A stretch of DNA of 64,000 nucleotides from Eledone cirrhosa. Its lineage: Eukaryota. Position 1 is the first letter of the stretch; each line of letters opens with the position of its first letter. A model generated the notes under the pieces. It searched no databases and was not told the origin of the DNA. It saw only the letters and a program-made list of their open reading frames with translations. The stretch lies in the NCBI GenBank assembly GCA_964016885.1, contig OZ024743.1:191890001-191954000 (forward strand), in the 5' to 3' direction. Made by a program: the position numbers and the translations under genes. Of this stretch, positions 13,355-27,569 are shown piece by piece.

Positions 13355-15490
13355 ATGCAGTGTGTCAGAGATAATTGTGATGTCATTGGAGAGAAGTGTA
13401 TCCGGAATGATAAAGGTGAGCTTGCCCTCACAAGTGCTGAGAAGAAAGATGCATGGAAGAGTCATTATGATAGATTACTAAATGAGGAGAATGCATGGGA
13501 AGAAGAGACCCTACCCCAAGTAGACCCTATAGAGGGGCCAGCAGTACAAGTCAGCAGCAGCGTAGTAAGGCAATCAAAGATATGAAGATGGGGAAGGCAA
13601 CCGGTCCATCGGGTATAGCTGCCGAGATGCTGAAGGCATCTGGTTTTGTAGGTCACACTATAACCACACGTATTGTTAACCAGGTAATACTAGGTGTCAT
13701 ACAAAAAGATTGGTGCAGTAGCATCATTGTCAACTGTTACAAAGGTAAAGGTGATGCACTAGATAGAGGAAACTATAGAGGTATAAAGTTGATGGACCAG
13801 GTCATGAAAGTAACAGAAAGAGTTATAGCACGGTTGATTAGGGACCAGGTGAAACTAGACGAGATGCAATTTGGGTTTGTACCAGGAAGAGGCACCACTG
13901 ATGCCCTCTTCCTTGTGAAGCAGTTACAGGAAAAGTACCTAGCTAAAAGTAAGCCACTCTACCTGGCATTCGTCGATCTTGAGAAAGCCTGTGACAGAGT
14001 TCCACATGCTGTAATCTGGTGGGCTCTTAGAAAACTAGGAGTAGATGAATGGCTTGTAAGCCATGTATAGGGGAGCAGTCAGCAAAGTTAGGATTAGCAA
14101 TGAGTATAGCGAGGAATTTAGCGTACAGGTTGGGGTCCACCAGGGCTCTGTTCTTAGCCCCTTCCTGTTCATCATAGTCCTGCAGGCAATAACGGAGGAG
14201 TTTAAGACCGGATGCCCATGAGAACTCCTGTATGCTGATGACCTCGCACTTATAGCTGAATCTATGGTAGAACTAGAGAAGAAATTCCAAACTTGGAAGC
14301 AGGGACTAGAAAGAAAGGGTCTCAAAGTCAACATGACAAAGACTAAGGTCCTTGTAAGTAGACGAGAAAACAGAACCCAGATCCCCTCAGGGAAATGGCC
14401 TTGCTCAGTATGTAGGAAAGGTGTAGGTAGGAACTCCATTCTCTGCCCCAAATGCAAACAATGGGTACACAAGAGATGTAGCAGGATCTCAGGAAGCTTA
14501 ATTAAGAATATAGGCTTAATATGCAGCAGCTGTGCTGGGACAGCAAGCAGCTAACAGCCACAGGAAACAAGTACCACCGATCTCTGGGAGGGCTCTGTAG
14601 AAACAGTAGACGGCTTCTGCTACCTAGGTGACCGAATTAGCAGCGGACGTGGGTGTTCAGAAAGTACAATAACTAGGGTAAGAACAGGATGGAAGAAGTT
14701 CAGGGAACTACTGCCACTGCTAGCTGCAAAAGGCTTCTCCCTCAAAATGAAAGGCAGACTGTATGATGCGTGTATCCGAACAGCAATGTTACATGGTAGT
14801 TAGACCTGGGCGCTGAAGGTGGAAGACTTGCGTAGATTAGAAAGAGATGAAGCCTGCATGTTCCGATGGATGTGTAATAGTAATATACGCGAACGACAAA
14901 GCATAAATGAATTGAGAGAGAGACTGAGCATAAGAGGAATCAAATGCTGTGTGCAGGAGAGGCGGTTGTGTTGGTATGGACATGTGATGCGTATGAAGGA
15001 TGACAGCTGCATAAAAAGGTGCAGAGCACTAGAAGTCAATGGAAACCGCAGAGTGAGGAGACCCAAGAAGACTTCGGATGAGGTGATAAAAGCCGACCTT
15101 ACCCAATTACACCTCTCAAAGGCGATGAAACATGACTGTGACCTCTGGCGTCTCGCAGTAATACAGAGTACCCGACCTCCCATGGGTACAAGCTGAAGCA
15201 TATAGACAATGTGCCCCCACACCCTTCCACTGCAAGGTGGTCATGGAGGTGCCACGGCAACAAAGCACCCAGCCCACACTGTAAAGTGGACATGTAGGCG
15301 CCACGGAAAAAGCACCCAGCACTCACTGTAAATGAGGTTGGTGTTAGGAAGGGCATCCAGCTGTAGAAATCAAGCCAGAATCAGTTCCTGTATGAGCAAG
15401 GCATGGTCAGCCGACCAGACACTGTCCACAACAGGACAACCCATCTAACCCATGCTAGCATGGAAGAACGGACGTAAAACGGTGATGATG

Positions 15491-15492
<2 letters not shown>
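13355..15492 (+). mobile_element. RTE family A, 5'-truncated, decayed
   Basis: ORF pieces 13355-13585, 13495-14070, 14264-14554, 14819-15196 are collinear with the 22899-24971 protein. Has 3'UTR and (GAT)n tail, with (TA)n at both ends. Confidence 0.92.
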
Positions 15493-15559
<67 letters not shown>

Positions 15560-15589
15560 CATATATACATATATATATTTATTTATATA

Positions 15590-17878
15590 CATCATCATCA
15601 TCGTTTAACGTCCATTTTCCATGCTAGCATGGGTCTGAATGGGAATTGTCCCACTTGAGGCAAGATTGGTTGTCTTGCTTAGGACTGTCTGGCGGGTTTT
15701 CTACGGCTGGATGCCCTTCCTAACACCAACCACGTTTACAGTGTTGACTGAGAGGTTTTTACCGTGTTACCTACATGGCCACATTACAGCGTGGACTTTT
15801 GTCATGACACCTACACGACCTCATTTATTTAGGACTAGATGTTGTGGTACCAACATAGCTTTACATCGAAAAGGGTGGTGTAGATGGCGATGGGGGTAGG
15901 GTTGGACGAGGGTGTATTTTGGTTAAGAGGTGCCTACTGACTGTAGGTTTCGCTTTGTACTTAGGCAAGGTGGGTCTTCTGTATTACTATGTAGTGCCAA
16001 AGATCTCGGTCCGGTGACATTGTCTTGGAGATGTGTAAGTGTGTGAGGTCGGATTTTATCAAGTCGTCCCAGAATTTTCTTGGTCTGCCTACTCAGTAGC
16101 TACCGTCTATTTTGATCGCCCTGCACTTTTTTATACAGCTGTCATCTTTCATGCGCATCACGTGACCATACCAACGTAGTCTTCTCTTGAGTAAACAGCA
16201 TCTGATCCCTCTTATTCCTAATTTCTCACTTAGTTCATTTATGCTTTGCCGTTCGCGTATATTACTATTACACATCCAGCGGAGCATGCAAGCTTCATTC
16301 CTCTCCTCTCCAGTCTGCGTAGATCCATGTCTCACTGCCATGTAACATCGCTGTTTGTATGCAGGCATCATACAGCCTGCCTTTTATTTTTAGAGAGAAA
16401 CCTTTAGTGGCCAATAGTGGTATAAGCTCTCTGAACTTTTTCCATCTCATTCTGACTCTAGCTACAGTACTTTCAGAGCACCCTCCACCACTGCTGATTT
16501 TGTCACCCAGGTAACGGAAGGTGTCCACTATTTCTATAGAACCATCTGGGCAATGGAGTGAGCTAGTATTCTGTGGGCACATGCTGCTACTTATTGCACC
16601 AGAGCACCGGCCACATATAAAATCTATATTCTTAGTTAGCTTACCTGTGATCCCACTACATCTTTTATGCACCCATACTTTGCATTTGGGACATAAAATG
16701 GAGTTTCTGCCTACTCCTTTCCTACACACTGAGCATGGCCATTTCCCAGATGGGACCAGTGCCCTATTCTTCTTCCTACATATTAGGACTTTAGTCTTAG
16801 ACAAGTTAACTTTAAGGCCTTTTGATTCTAGGCCATGCTTCAATGTTTGGAATTTCTTCTCTATTTCAGCCATTAATTCGGCTATGAGCATTAGATCATC
16901 TGCGTATAGAAGATCCCATGGGCAGCCAGTCTTGAACTCCTCCGTTATAGCTTGGAGGGCGATAATAAATAGGAGGGGGCTAAGGACAGAGCCCTGATGA
17001 ACACCAACTTTTACGCTAAACTCTTCACTATATTCGTTGTTAATTCTAACCTTGCTGACTGTTTCTTTATACATGGCTTGTATAGCTCTCACAAGCCATT
17101 CATCTAAACCTAGTTTTCTAAGAGCCCACCAGATAATGGAGCGGGGGACTCTGTCAAAGGCTTTCTCCAGGTCTACAAAAGCAAAGTAGAAGGGTTTACT
17201 TTTCGCTAGGTACTTCTCCTGTAGTTGTCATACATTGAAAAGAGCGTCTGTAGTACTTTTACCTGACACAAACCCGAACTGCATTTCATCCAGATTAATT
17301 CGCTCTCTGATTAGTTGCGCTATTACTTTTTCTGTGACCTTCATGACCTGGTCAATTAATTTAATGCCTCTATAGTTTCCCCTATCTAGGGTGTCTCCTT
17401 TACCCTTGTAGCAGTTAATGATGATGCTGCTACGCCAGTTCTTTGGTACGACCCCATTCTGTATAGCTTGGTTTACTATCCGGGTGACCATAGTGTGTCC
17501 CACCGTTCCAGATGCTTTCAGCATTTCAGGAACTATTTCCAAAGGTCCAGCCACCTTGCCCGTCTTCATATCTTTGATTGCCTTACTTATTATACTACCT
17601 TCAACTTGCAATGCTGGTCCCTCTATTGGATCGATGTGGGGGAGGCTGTCTTTCTCCCATTTATTCTCCTCATAGTGTGACACTTCCAAGCTACCTTCTT
17701 ATCAGTGATGGCCAGTACACCATCATCATTACGGACACACTTCTCCCCGACAATATCACAGTTCTCCTTGACACATTGTCTAGCAATCCTGAACACCTCA
17801 CGTTTTTGGTCTTCACGTTATAGAACATGCTTGAACTTTCTTTCCTCTGCTTCCCTTCTTGCGAAGTACACTTGTCTC
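15590..17878 (-). mobile_element. RTE family B, 5'-truncated, decayed; tail-to-tail with the previous copy
   Basis: ORF pieces 17228-17689, 16295-17092, 16093-16371 are nearly identical to the 42123-45353 protein, with the same 3'UTR. Confidence 0.92.
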
Positions 17879-20088
17879 CTATATATGTTTATATACATAT
17901 ATACATGTGCCGGTCTAGCACTCCATGCTCCTTCAGTGCAGAGTATAATAATATGGAAAACGAAGAATCAGTGGTGCATCGAAACACAATTTATAACATA
18001 TTACAATTGTTTCTCCGGTGAACAGCTCGAGGTGCGATCGTTTTGTGGGTCGAACCTGACTCTGGATTCGCAAGTTCCTCAGAGACGTTTAGTGATTTCC
18101 TAACACCCTGGACCTTTGTGTGTCGGGCTTTCTGTGGCTGGGTGCCCTTTCTATCATCAGCTACTCTCCAGAGTGTGCTGGCTACCTTTATCATGTAGAT
18201 CACCAATGCTAGGTAGGTTGTCATGTCTTTCACACAAATGAAGCATCCTCCTGGTCCCTCGTTTGGCAAGTTTTCTACAACTGGATGCCTTTCCTATCAC
18301 CAACCATTTTACAGAGTGTACCTGCTGCATTTATTGTATAAATCACCAATACTAGACAAGTTGTCAAGCTCCTGACAAAACTAATAAGTTGCCTTGACCC
18401 TATTTTGACATGTTTTGTACAATGAGATATCCTTCCCATCATCAACAAATAAATTTGAACCATTTAAGTTGTATAAAAAAAATCAAAACCATGCATTCTA
18501 GATGTGAAGGGAATTATAATAAAAGGTTTGCAAAATATAAGTAAACCAAATGTAAATGTACTTTAAATCTTTCACAACGATATTTCTAATGAAATATACT
18601 ATGATTGCTTTTCAGTGAAACTTTAAAATAATCAAGAATATAGAGATTTTCTAGAATAACTAGCAGGTTTTATAACATTATTACATTATTACATAAACTC
18701 ATGATGTAATTTAGAATATAAAATATTTATCTATATAGTGTCATTCCTTAAACCAGTCCATACATGTGATTAAATATATTCATACTGGATCATTCAAATA
18801 AGGATTTATTTAGACAAATTGCAAGATACATTGTTGAATGTGAAGATCAGGTTTGATAAAAACTGACTGCAGTTTATTACAGATAAATAGGTACAAGCTG
18901 TGTGGTTAAGAAGTTCTCAACCACATTGTTTGGTGTTCAATCTCATTGTATGACATCTTGGGGGATGTATACATTGCCTAATGTGATCCTATATAAACAG
19001 ATGAGGCTAAAATGTCATTTAATCATATGTCTGTTTGATCACTAAAAAAAATAAGTAGTTAATGTTCTATAAATCCTGAAAGTTGACAACTAACAAGTCT
19101 ATTTAAAATGTGTAGGTAGACTGCACAAGAGAAAGACAAAATACAATAATATATTTCTTTATTGTCTAGGATAAATAACCTCTTTAGTGCTGGTGACATG
19201 ATAAAATGCACCCAGTCTGCACTGTAAAGTGGTTGGTGATAGGAAGGGCATCAAGCCAGAAAACTTTGCCAAATCCCATGGCTAGAATAAGGTACAGTAT
19301 ACTGAAGGTAAAAAAAGGAGATAACAAAGGAAAACAATATATGGAGGGATACTGTGTTGGAACAGACTTTGTCTAACCTATGCAAGTATGGAAAGCAGAC
19401 ATAAAAAGATGATGATGATATTCCACTATTTTGTATCCTTTTTTCCATAGTTGCAAGGATGAATTATTTAGTTGAACAACAGTTCAACTGTGACATTTTC
19501 CTCACATTACACCTTATCATCTTAAAAAAGAAAGGACACATTCCATTCCTAGTTGCCCCTAAAAAGAAAGGATAGTCTTCATTGAAATGCTATTGATCAG
19601 GGTTGACTTAAAGCTCACCAAATATCTGCAACTTATGTTCAATAATTGCTTTTACTGTTCCAGTTATCATTTTTACTTTTTACTTTTTTTTTTTACAAAC
19701 TGCCATTTTCTGTCCTCTATGCTGAATTTTATGCAGTACCTCTCCTAAATTTCAATGGTGCTAATGACAGATCTTCATAAATGATCTTGTGTTATGTTTA
19801 TTTCTGTTAATTAAACTAGGTAGTGATGATAAGAAATAGATTGTTTACACCAGTATTTCATCACTTTCAGTTTGCATTTGATTGAAACAAAGTAGCTTTA
19901 TTAATTAGAAAAGTAAAAGAAAGATATAAATAATTACATGGTTATGATAAAATAAATTTATCATAATGAATAATAATGATGACATGAAGAGCTCTTCTTT
20001 GCCAAAAGCAAAGATAAATAAAAGAAATATTCTCATAACTATGATTTCTTTCCTTTTAATCTAATTTTATTATGTTAAATAAATATCA

Positions 20089-20094
20089 TTTATT
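20089..20094 (-). promoter_or_regulatory. Candidate polyadenylation signal of IFT122
   Basis: AATAAA on the minus strand ~38 nt after the stop, with a second at 20066-20071. The AT-rich context makes chance occurrence plausible. Confidence 0.35.
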
Positions 20095-20131
20095 GAATAC
20101 AAGTGTTATGAGAAAACACATATACTTCAAT

Positions 20132-20215
20132 TCATCCTTCTATAATTCTTTCACGACAAAACGGACAATAACCAAGTTGAAGATACTTCAGTTCAAAATC
20201 ATCTGTATGAAACAG
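20132..20215 (-). CDS. IFT122: IFT122 (intraflagellar transport 122/WDR10), last coding exon
   Basis: Pyrimidine tract and ttccag acceptor, then 84 nt translating to LFHTDDFELKYLQLGYCPFCRERIIEG*. This matches the IFT122 C-terminus as I recall it (human [22 protein letters not shown]). Phase 0 join to the upstream exon. Confidence 0.93.
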   Translation of the reverse strand: MFHTDDFELKYLQLGYCPFCRERIIEG

Positions 20216-20438
20216 CTGGAATAGAATGAAAACAGAATTACAACTAACTTGAAAAGTACAGGCAACCAAAGAACAAACATGGGAATTTAAAAAAAATAAA
20301 TTCATATCATATCTGCATAGAATACAAAGATTTTTTTTTTAAAGTGGTATTAAAAAGCATGGTTAGAAGGAAAGTAATGCAAAATGCATTTATAGATAAG
20401 AAACAACATAAAAGCCATTTTTATCAAATGCATCTTAC

Positions 20439-20606
20439 CTTTTGACAAAAAACACATTTTATGATAGAGACATCATCTGGAAGCAATGTCTTGAAGAACT
20501 GGTAATGGAGTGGCTTTGGCCATTCTAAGACATACACTTCACTTCTTGTCATAGTTTTAAGAATAGAACGATTAACAACAATAGGCTTGAAATCATTTCC
20601 ATCTTG
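20439..20606 (-). CDS. IFT122: IFT122 penultimate coding exon
   Basis: ttttacag acceptor, gtaaga donor, 168 nt open: QDGNDFKPIVVNRSILKTMTRSEVYVLEWPKPLHYQFFKTLLPDDVSIIKCVFCQK. Resembles human [55 protein letters not shown]. A 223-nt intron follows. Confidence 0.93.
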
Positions 20607-20994
20607 CTGTAAAACAAATAAAATAAAAAAATATCTGAAGAGAATTCAGGAAAAATACTGTAGCAAAAGCTTACCTTCTTTATGTTGATGCATTAAAAAA
20701 ATCTACATTCATATTCAAAAGATTTCATTTTACATTTTTCTCAAGTAATTCCTTAAAAGGTATTTGGCAGACAGAATTACTATTCAGTTTTTTCCAACAG
20801 TATTTTAAGATTTTATTTTGGATGGCACTTGGAATGAATTTTTTTATCAACTAACTCAGGTGGGAACCATTCATATTGACTATGGTAACAGCAGGCTGGA
20901 TTACAGTTTGCAATAAGAAATTCTAAATCCAAAGCCATATATATTGACCAAATTTTTGTGAAAACATATAAACACTCTCTTACAAATCACCACT

Positions 20995-21560
20995 ATCATC
21001 ATGATCATGTTTGCATCCACTTTTCCATGCTAGCATAGATTGAATTGGTCCTTTCCAGCACAGCCTCTCTCCATGCCTTCATTATCAGCATTTCGAGATC
21101 AGCTCTAAATACCTCTGTCCAGATTTTTCTCAGTCTTCTAATACAGCTTCTTTTCACTTGAATCATCTGGCACTTCAGCACACAGCATTCATCATCCATA
21201 CACATCAAATGTCCATACCAGTGCAGTAAGTCCTCTGATACCCAGATTTACTCTCAGATCATTAGCACCCTGTCGTTCATGTTTACTAATATTTCACATC
21301 CAAAATTTCCCTCCAGCCTCCATATATCCTCTACATTTAGTGCTCATGTCTCACTGTTATGCGATATCACACTTTTCATGCACGTATCATACAGTCTACC
21401 ATTCACTCATAGAAAAAAAAAAAAAGTGTCAACAGAGGTAGTAGCTCCTTAAGCTTTTTCCAGCCTTGTATTATTCTAGATACTATGCTTTCAGAGAAAC
21501 TGCATCCACAGCTAATTAGGTCACCTAAGTAGTAGAAACTATCAATTGCTTCTACAAACT
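20995..21560 (-). mobile_element. Old RTE 3' fragment
   Basis: Decayed FYYLGD, GWKKL and LHWYGH segments plus the terminal catgctagcatggaaaa motif. Confidence 0.7.
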
Positions 21561-21672
21561 TGTATAAATTTTAAAACATCACATTATTTAAATACTGTAA
21601 ATCATATATTGATTAAACAAAAATGTAATCTGTTTTACAGAAATTAGTCAACCAGCATATAATACATATAAA

Positions 21673-22097
21673 TCATCATCATCACCATCATCATCAACGT
21701 TTTACGTCTGTTCTTCCATGCTAGCATGGGTTAGACGGGTTGTCCTGTTGTGGGCAGTGTCTGGTCGGTTGACCATGCCTTGCTCATACAGGAACTGATT
21801 TTGGCTTGATTTCTACAGCTGGATGCCCTTCCTAACACCAACCTCATTTACAGTGGGTGCTGGGTGCTTTTTTTCCGTGGCGCCTACACGTCCACTTTAC
21901 AGTGTGGGCTGAGTGCTTTTTTGCCGTGGCACCTCCACGACCACTTTGCAGTGGGAGGATGTGGGGGCATATTGTCTATATGCTTCAGCTTGTACCCATG
22001 GGAGGTCGGGTACTCTGTATTACTGCGTGATGCCAGAGGTCACGGTCGTGTGTCATCGCCTTTGAGAGGTGTAATTGGGTAAGGTCGGCTTTTATCA
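21673..22097 (-). mobile_element. RTE family A 3' end
   Basis: Near-identical to the reverse complement of 15085-15490; (GAT)n tail. Confidence 0.9.
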
Positions 22098-22607
22098 TCA
22101 TAAATAGTTGTATTTATTTACATTCTTTAGGCTAAAAAGCTAGAAACTTTGATAATTATCTCATGAATAAATCCATTAGAAAACAATATAGGTACAGCAT
22201 AATATGAGCATGCTATGACAGATGTGTAATGCTATGAGCATGCTACAGGAATGTGTAATATTAGCAAGAATGAACAAAATGGCACAAAAACTGAATACAA
22301 TGTGGAAGCAGATATCATGTGCAAGAGGGAGGATTATGCTGGTACAGCCATGTGACATATATGGGAGATGTTAGTTATGTTAAGAATTGCCAACAACTCA
22401 AATTCCATGGTAGATTTTACCCATATTCAGATTCATCCATGGACACCTACTACTACTACTATTCCACATCTTCTTCCTCCCCCTCCTCCCACCACTCTCT
22501 TCTTCCTCCACAACCTTCACCACTAACATCACTTCAGCTTTTCAGCTGTATTGCTCAGAATCTACAATCCCAACAACAAAATCTCATCAACGAAAAACTG
22601 GTCCAAT

Positions 22608-25112
22608 ATCATCATCACCGTTTTACGTCCGTTCTTCCACGCTAGCATGGGTTAGACGGGTTGTCCTGTTGTGGGCAGTGTCTGGTCGGCTGACCATGCC
22701 TTGCTCATACAGGAACTGATCTGGCTTGATTTCTACAGCTGGATGCCCTTCCTAACACCAACCTCATTTACAGTGAGTGCTGGGTGCTTTTTCGTGGCGC
22801 CTACACGTCCACTTTACAGTGTGGGCTGGGTGCTTTTTTGCCGTGGCACCTCCACGACCACCTTGCGGTGGGGGGGGGGGGCATATTGTTTATATGCTTC
22901 AGCATGTACCCATGGGAGGTCGGGTACCCTGTATTACTGCGTGACGCCAGAAGTCACGGTCGTGTGTCATTGACTTTGAGAGGTGTAGTTGGGTAAGGTC
23001 GGCTTTTATCACCTCATCCCAAGTCATCTTGGGTCTCCCCACTCCGCGGTTTCCATCAACTTCTAGTGCTCTGCACCTTTTTATGCAGCTGTCATCCTTC
23101 ATACGCATCACATGTCCATACCAGCGTAACCGCCTCTCCTGCACGTAGCATTTGATTCCTCTTATGCTCAGTCTCTCTCTCAATTCATTTATGCTTTGTC
23201 GTTCACGTATATTACTGTTACACATCCATCGGAGCATGCAGGCTTCGTTTCTCTCTAATCTACGTAAGTCTTCCACCTTCAGCGCCCAGGTCTCACTACC
23301 ATGCAACATCGCTGTTCGGATACACGCATCATACAGTCTGCCTTTCATTCTGAGGGAGAAGCCTTTTGCAGCTAGCAGTGGTAGTAGTTCCCTAAACTTC
23401 TTCCATCCCGTTCTTACCCTAGTTATTGTACTTTCTGAGCACCCACCTCCGTTGCTAATTCGGTCACCTAGGTAGCAGAAGCTGTCTACTGTTTCTACAG
23501 GGCCCTCCCAGAGATTGGTGGTACTTGTTTCCTGTGGCTGTTTGCTTGCTGTTTCAGCACAGCTGCTGCATGTGAATCCTACATTCTTAATTAAGCTTCC
23601 TGAGATCCCGCTACATCTCTTGTGTACCCATTGTTTGCATTTGGGGCAAAGAATGGAGTTCCTACCTACACCTTTCCTACATACTGAGCAAGGCCATTTC
23701 CCTGAGGGGATCTGGGTTCTGTTTTCTCGTCTACTTATAAGGACCTTAGTCTTTGTCATGTTGACTTTGAGGCCCTTTCTCTCTAGTCCCTGCTTCCAGG
23801 TTTGGAATTTATTCTCTAGTTCTACCATAGATTCAGCTATGAGTGCGAGGTCATCAGCATACAGGAGTTCCCATGGGCATCCGGTCTTAAACTCCTCCGT
23901 TATTGCCTGCAGGACTATGATGAACAGGAGAGGGCTAAGAACAGAGCCCTGGTGGACCCCAACCTGTACGCTAAATTCCTCGCTATACTCATTGCCAATC
24001 CTAACTTTGCTGACTGCTCCTCTATACATGGCTTGTACCGCTTTCACAAGCCATTCATCTACTCCTAGTTTTCTAAGAGCCCACCAGATTACTGCACGTG
24101 GAACTCTGTCAAAGGCTTTCTCAAGGTCGACAAATGCCAAGTAGAGTGGCTTACTTTTAGCTAGGTACTTTTCCTGTAATTGCCTCACAAGGAAGAGCGC
24201 ATCAGTGGTGCCTTTCCCTGGTACAAACCCAAATTGCATCTCGTCTATATTCACCCGGTCCCTAATCAGCTGTGCTATAACTCTTTCTGTTACTTTCATG
24301 ACCTGGTCCATCAACTTTATACCTCTATAGTTTCCTCTATCTAGTGCATCGCCTTTACCTTTGTAGCAGTTGACAATGATGCTACTGCACCAATCTTTTG
24401 GTATGGCCCCCTCTAGTATTACCTGGTTAACGATACGTGTGGTTATAGTGTGACCTACAGACCCAGATGCCTTCAGCATCTCGGCAGCTATACCCGATGG
24501 ACCGGTTGCCTTCCCTATCTTCATATCTCTGATTGCCTTACTTACTACGCTGCCGCTGACTTGTACTGCTGGTCCCTCTATAGGGTCTACGTGGGGTAGG
24601 GTCTCTTCTTCCCATGCATTCTCCTCATTTAGTAATCTATCATAATGACTCTTCCATGCATCTTTCTTCTCAGCACTTGTGAGGGCAAGCTCACCTTTAT
24701 CATTCCGGATACACTTCTCTCCAATGACATCACAACTATCTCTGACACACTGCCTCGCAATCTTGAATACCTCCTGTTTCTGGTCCTCACGTTGTAAAAC
24801 ATGCTTGAATTTTCTATCCTCTGCTTCCCTCCTAGCTAAGTATACTTGTCGCCTAGCTTCCCTCTTGGTCTCTATGTAATGTACCCTGCTCCCCCCGTTC
24901 TTCCATTCTTTCCATGCCTGTCTCTTGGCCTTGACTGCTTCATCTACCTTATTGTTCCACCACCAAGTCACTCTCCTCCTGCTTGAGGTCTTACTCCAGC
25001 CACAAACCTCATCCGTCGCCTCTAGTAAGTTATTTTTTAGGAACTCCCAGTTCTCTTCTACGTTAAATGTCTCTATCTGTTCTTCTTTACTGTCGTAGGC
25101 GTTGAGTAAAAT
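22608..25112 (-). mobile_element. RTE family A, young 5'-truncated copy with open RT-PHD frame
   Basis: Uninterrupted 690-aa frame 22899-24971 with all RT motifs and the PHD finger; endonuclease missing. Confidence 0.93.
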
Positions 25113-25182
25113 ATATCCAACATATTCTGGAAATGTTCTGAAACACCATTTTAAGACTATACAGTATTGTTACTTCCCTTCG

Positions 25183-25258
<76 letters not shown>

Positions 25259-25302
25259 AATAAAACATGTATACATTTAATTTATATATATATATATATA
25301 TT

Positions 25303-25801
25303 AGTAAAACCTACTACAGTCAGTAGGCATCTCTAACAAAATACACCCCCCGTCCCCCCCACCCCCACCCCATCCACACCGCCCCTTTCAATGTAAAGTT
25401 ATGTTGGTGCCGCGCCATCCAGGCCGAAACAAGTGAAATCGTGTAGGTGTCACGACAAAAAAAAACACACAGTCCACGCTGTAATGTGGCCGTGTAGGCA
25501 ACACGGTAAAAACCTCCCAGCCCCACACTGTAAATGTGGTTGGTGTTAGGAAGGGCATCCAGCTGTAGAAAACCCGCCAGACAGTCCACGCTGTAATGTG
25601 GCCGTGTAGGCAACACGGTAAAAACCTCCCAGCCCCACACTGTAAATGTGGTTGGTGTTAGGAAGGGCATCCAGCTGTAGAAAACCCGCCAGACAGTCCT
25701 ATGCGAGCAAGACAATCACTCTTGCCTCAAGTGGGAAAACCCCCGTCCAAACCCATGCAAGCGTGGAACACGGACGTTAAACGATGATGATGATGATGAT
25801 G
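25303..25801 (+). mobile_element. RTE family B 3'UTR-only insertion with a 112-bp internal tandem duplication
   Basis: Matches 45360-45740. 25469-25580 is repeated at 25581-25692. Confidence 0.9.
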
Positions 25802-26301
25802 AGTCAATCGATTTTCGTCTAATCGGACCGAGGAAACAATGTTTCTGTTGGTCTTTCTAATACTATCTATCTCTAGGTAGAAGGAGCAACGTCAAATAAA
25901 ATGTTTTGCTCAAGGACATAACGCATCACTTGGTCTAACTCACAATTTCACGATTGCTAATCCAATTCTCTAACCACTCGGTCATGCGCCTTCACATCTA
26001 CCATGGAATTTTGTGGAGAATGACATTGTTGCTGAGAACTTAAAAATGTAGAAGAAAGAAGTGAATAAAGGAAAATGAAAAACATACATAATCAACAGAC
26101 AAAAAAAAACATTATAATTAAGCAAATATAGGTTCAAAATTTCTGGCAAAAATAAAGTTGTGAAGGAAAATATCAATGAGAACAGCAAAATGCCTTTCAT
26201 CTATAAATCAGTCAATTATATATTCATAGACACCCTCCCAAAACACAGATGCACAGACACAGCAGATACAAATATATGATATATATATATATGTGTATAT
26301 A

Positions 26302-26569
26302 TATCATCATCATCATTTTACGTCCGCTTTTCCCTGCTTGCAAGCGTGGGACGGGTCTTATTCAGCACAGCATCTCTCCACTCGTCACGGTCCTTCAACT
26401 GGCATTTCCTGGCACTTCTTCACCCATCGGTCATCCTCCATGCGCATCACATGTCCATACCACCTCAGTCTCCTCTCCCGTACACTACATTCTATCCCTC
26501 TCAGACACAGTTTCTCTCTCAACACATTTATGCTGGGTCATTCACACACATTGACACTGCACATCCAAC

Positions 26570-26570
<1 letters not shown>
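26302..26570 (-). mobile_element. RTE family C 3' fragment, internally deleted
   Basis: Matches 51700-52055 with ~95 nt missing. Confidence 0.85.
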
Positions 26571-26613
<43 letters not shown>

Positions 26614-27569
26614 CTGTGTGTCTGTGTGTGTGTGTGTGTGTGTGTCTGTGTCTGCCTGTGTCTGTCTGTGTGTATATATATGTGTGTATGCATATGTATC
26701 TCATTTTTTAGGTTTTTTAAAATAGGTATACTGTATCCATGAATGTTGTATAAAAGTTGGTATCAGATATGGAATCCAGCTGTAAAACATTGCCTCAACA
26801 TGTATGCGTGTGTGTGCATGCATGTATGTAGTTATTATGTATACAAATGTGTATACATATATAAGAATTACATTAAGGGTACATATACCTGTGGAATGCT
26901 CAGCTTATTATATATTAATTTCATGAGCATGCTCTTCTGTTGATCAAACAACAGGAATACTCATCTTCAAAACTAACAGTGGACCCTTCCATATTTATTA
27001 TTAGTGACATTACCAGTGTATATGTATATTTTATATTTTACCATTATATCTATACGTCAACAATTCAACATCAACATGAAATTGCAGCAGAATCACCCTT
27101 TACATTGCACCTTATCTTACAATAGGATGGACACATTAGATAATGAGATTGAAGATATACTGTATAGAAAACTTCATTGTCACTGCTGACCTGGGACCAA
27201 ACAACAACAAATATAATTACTCATGAACTGCTTCAACGTAGATATTTTGACTAAGAAAAATAGTTGAACATGTTGGGCATGTAAGCCCCTAGAGAAAGGC
27301 TTATATGCCCAACTTATGTCACTATTTTTCATGGTCTATAAACCTGTGTTGAAGCAGCTTACTTAACTTAACATACAATGCTATTTGACATAAGCATCTA
27401 ACTGTTAGTCAGGTAGAACCTCATCATTTAAAGTTGACAATCATTATTTCCTTCAGAAAATCTAACAAGATTGAAATGTTTTATCAAATCCATATAATCA
27501 AATTATTTGCAAAAGGTACATAGAACCTCAACCCAAGGAAATAACAGCTACTGTCAAGGTACAAATCTC

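Noticed and set aside
23152-24144. Antisense ORFs over RTE copies (also 14035-14472, 16521-16997, 44306-44749)
   Set aside because: Shadow frames of the LINE ORF; they recur only because the element is repeated.
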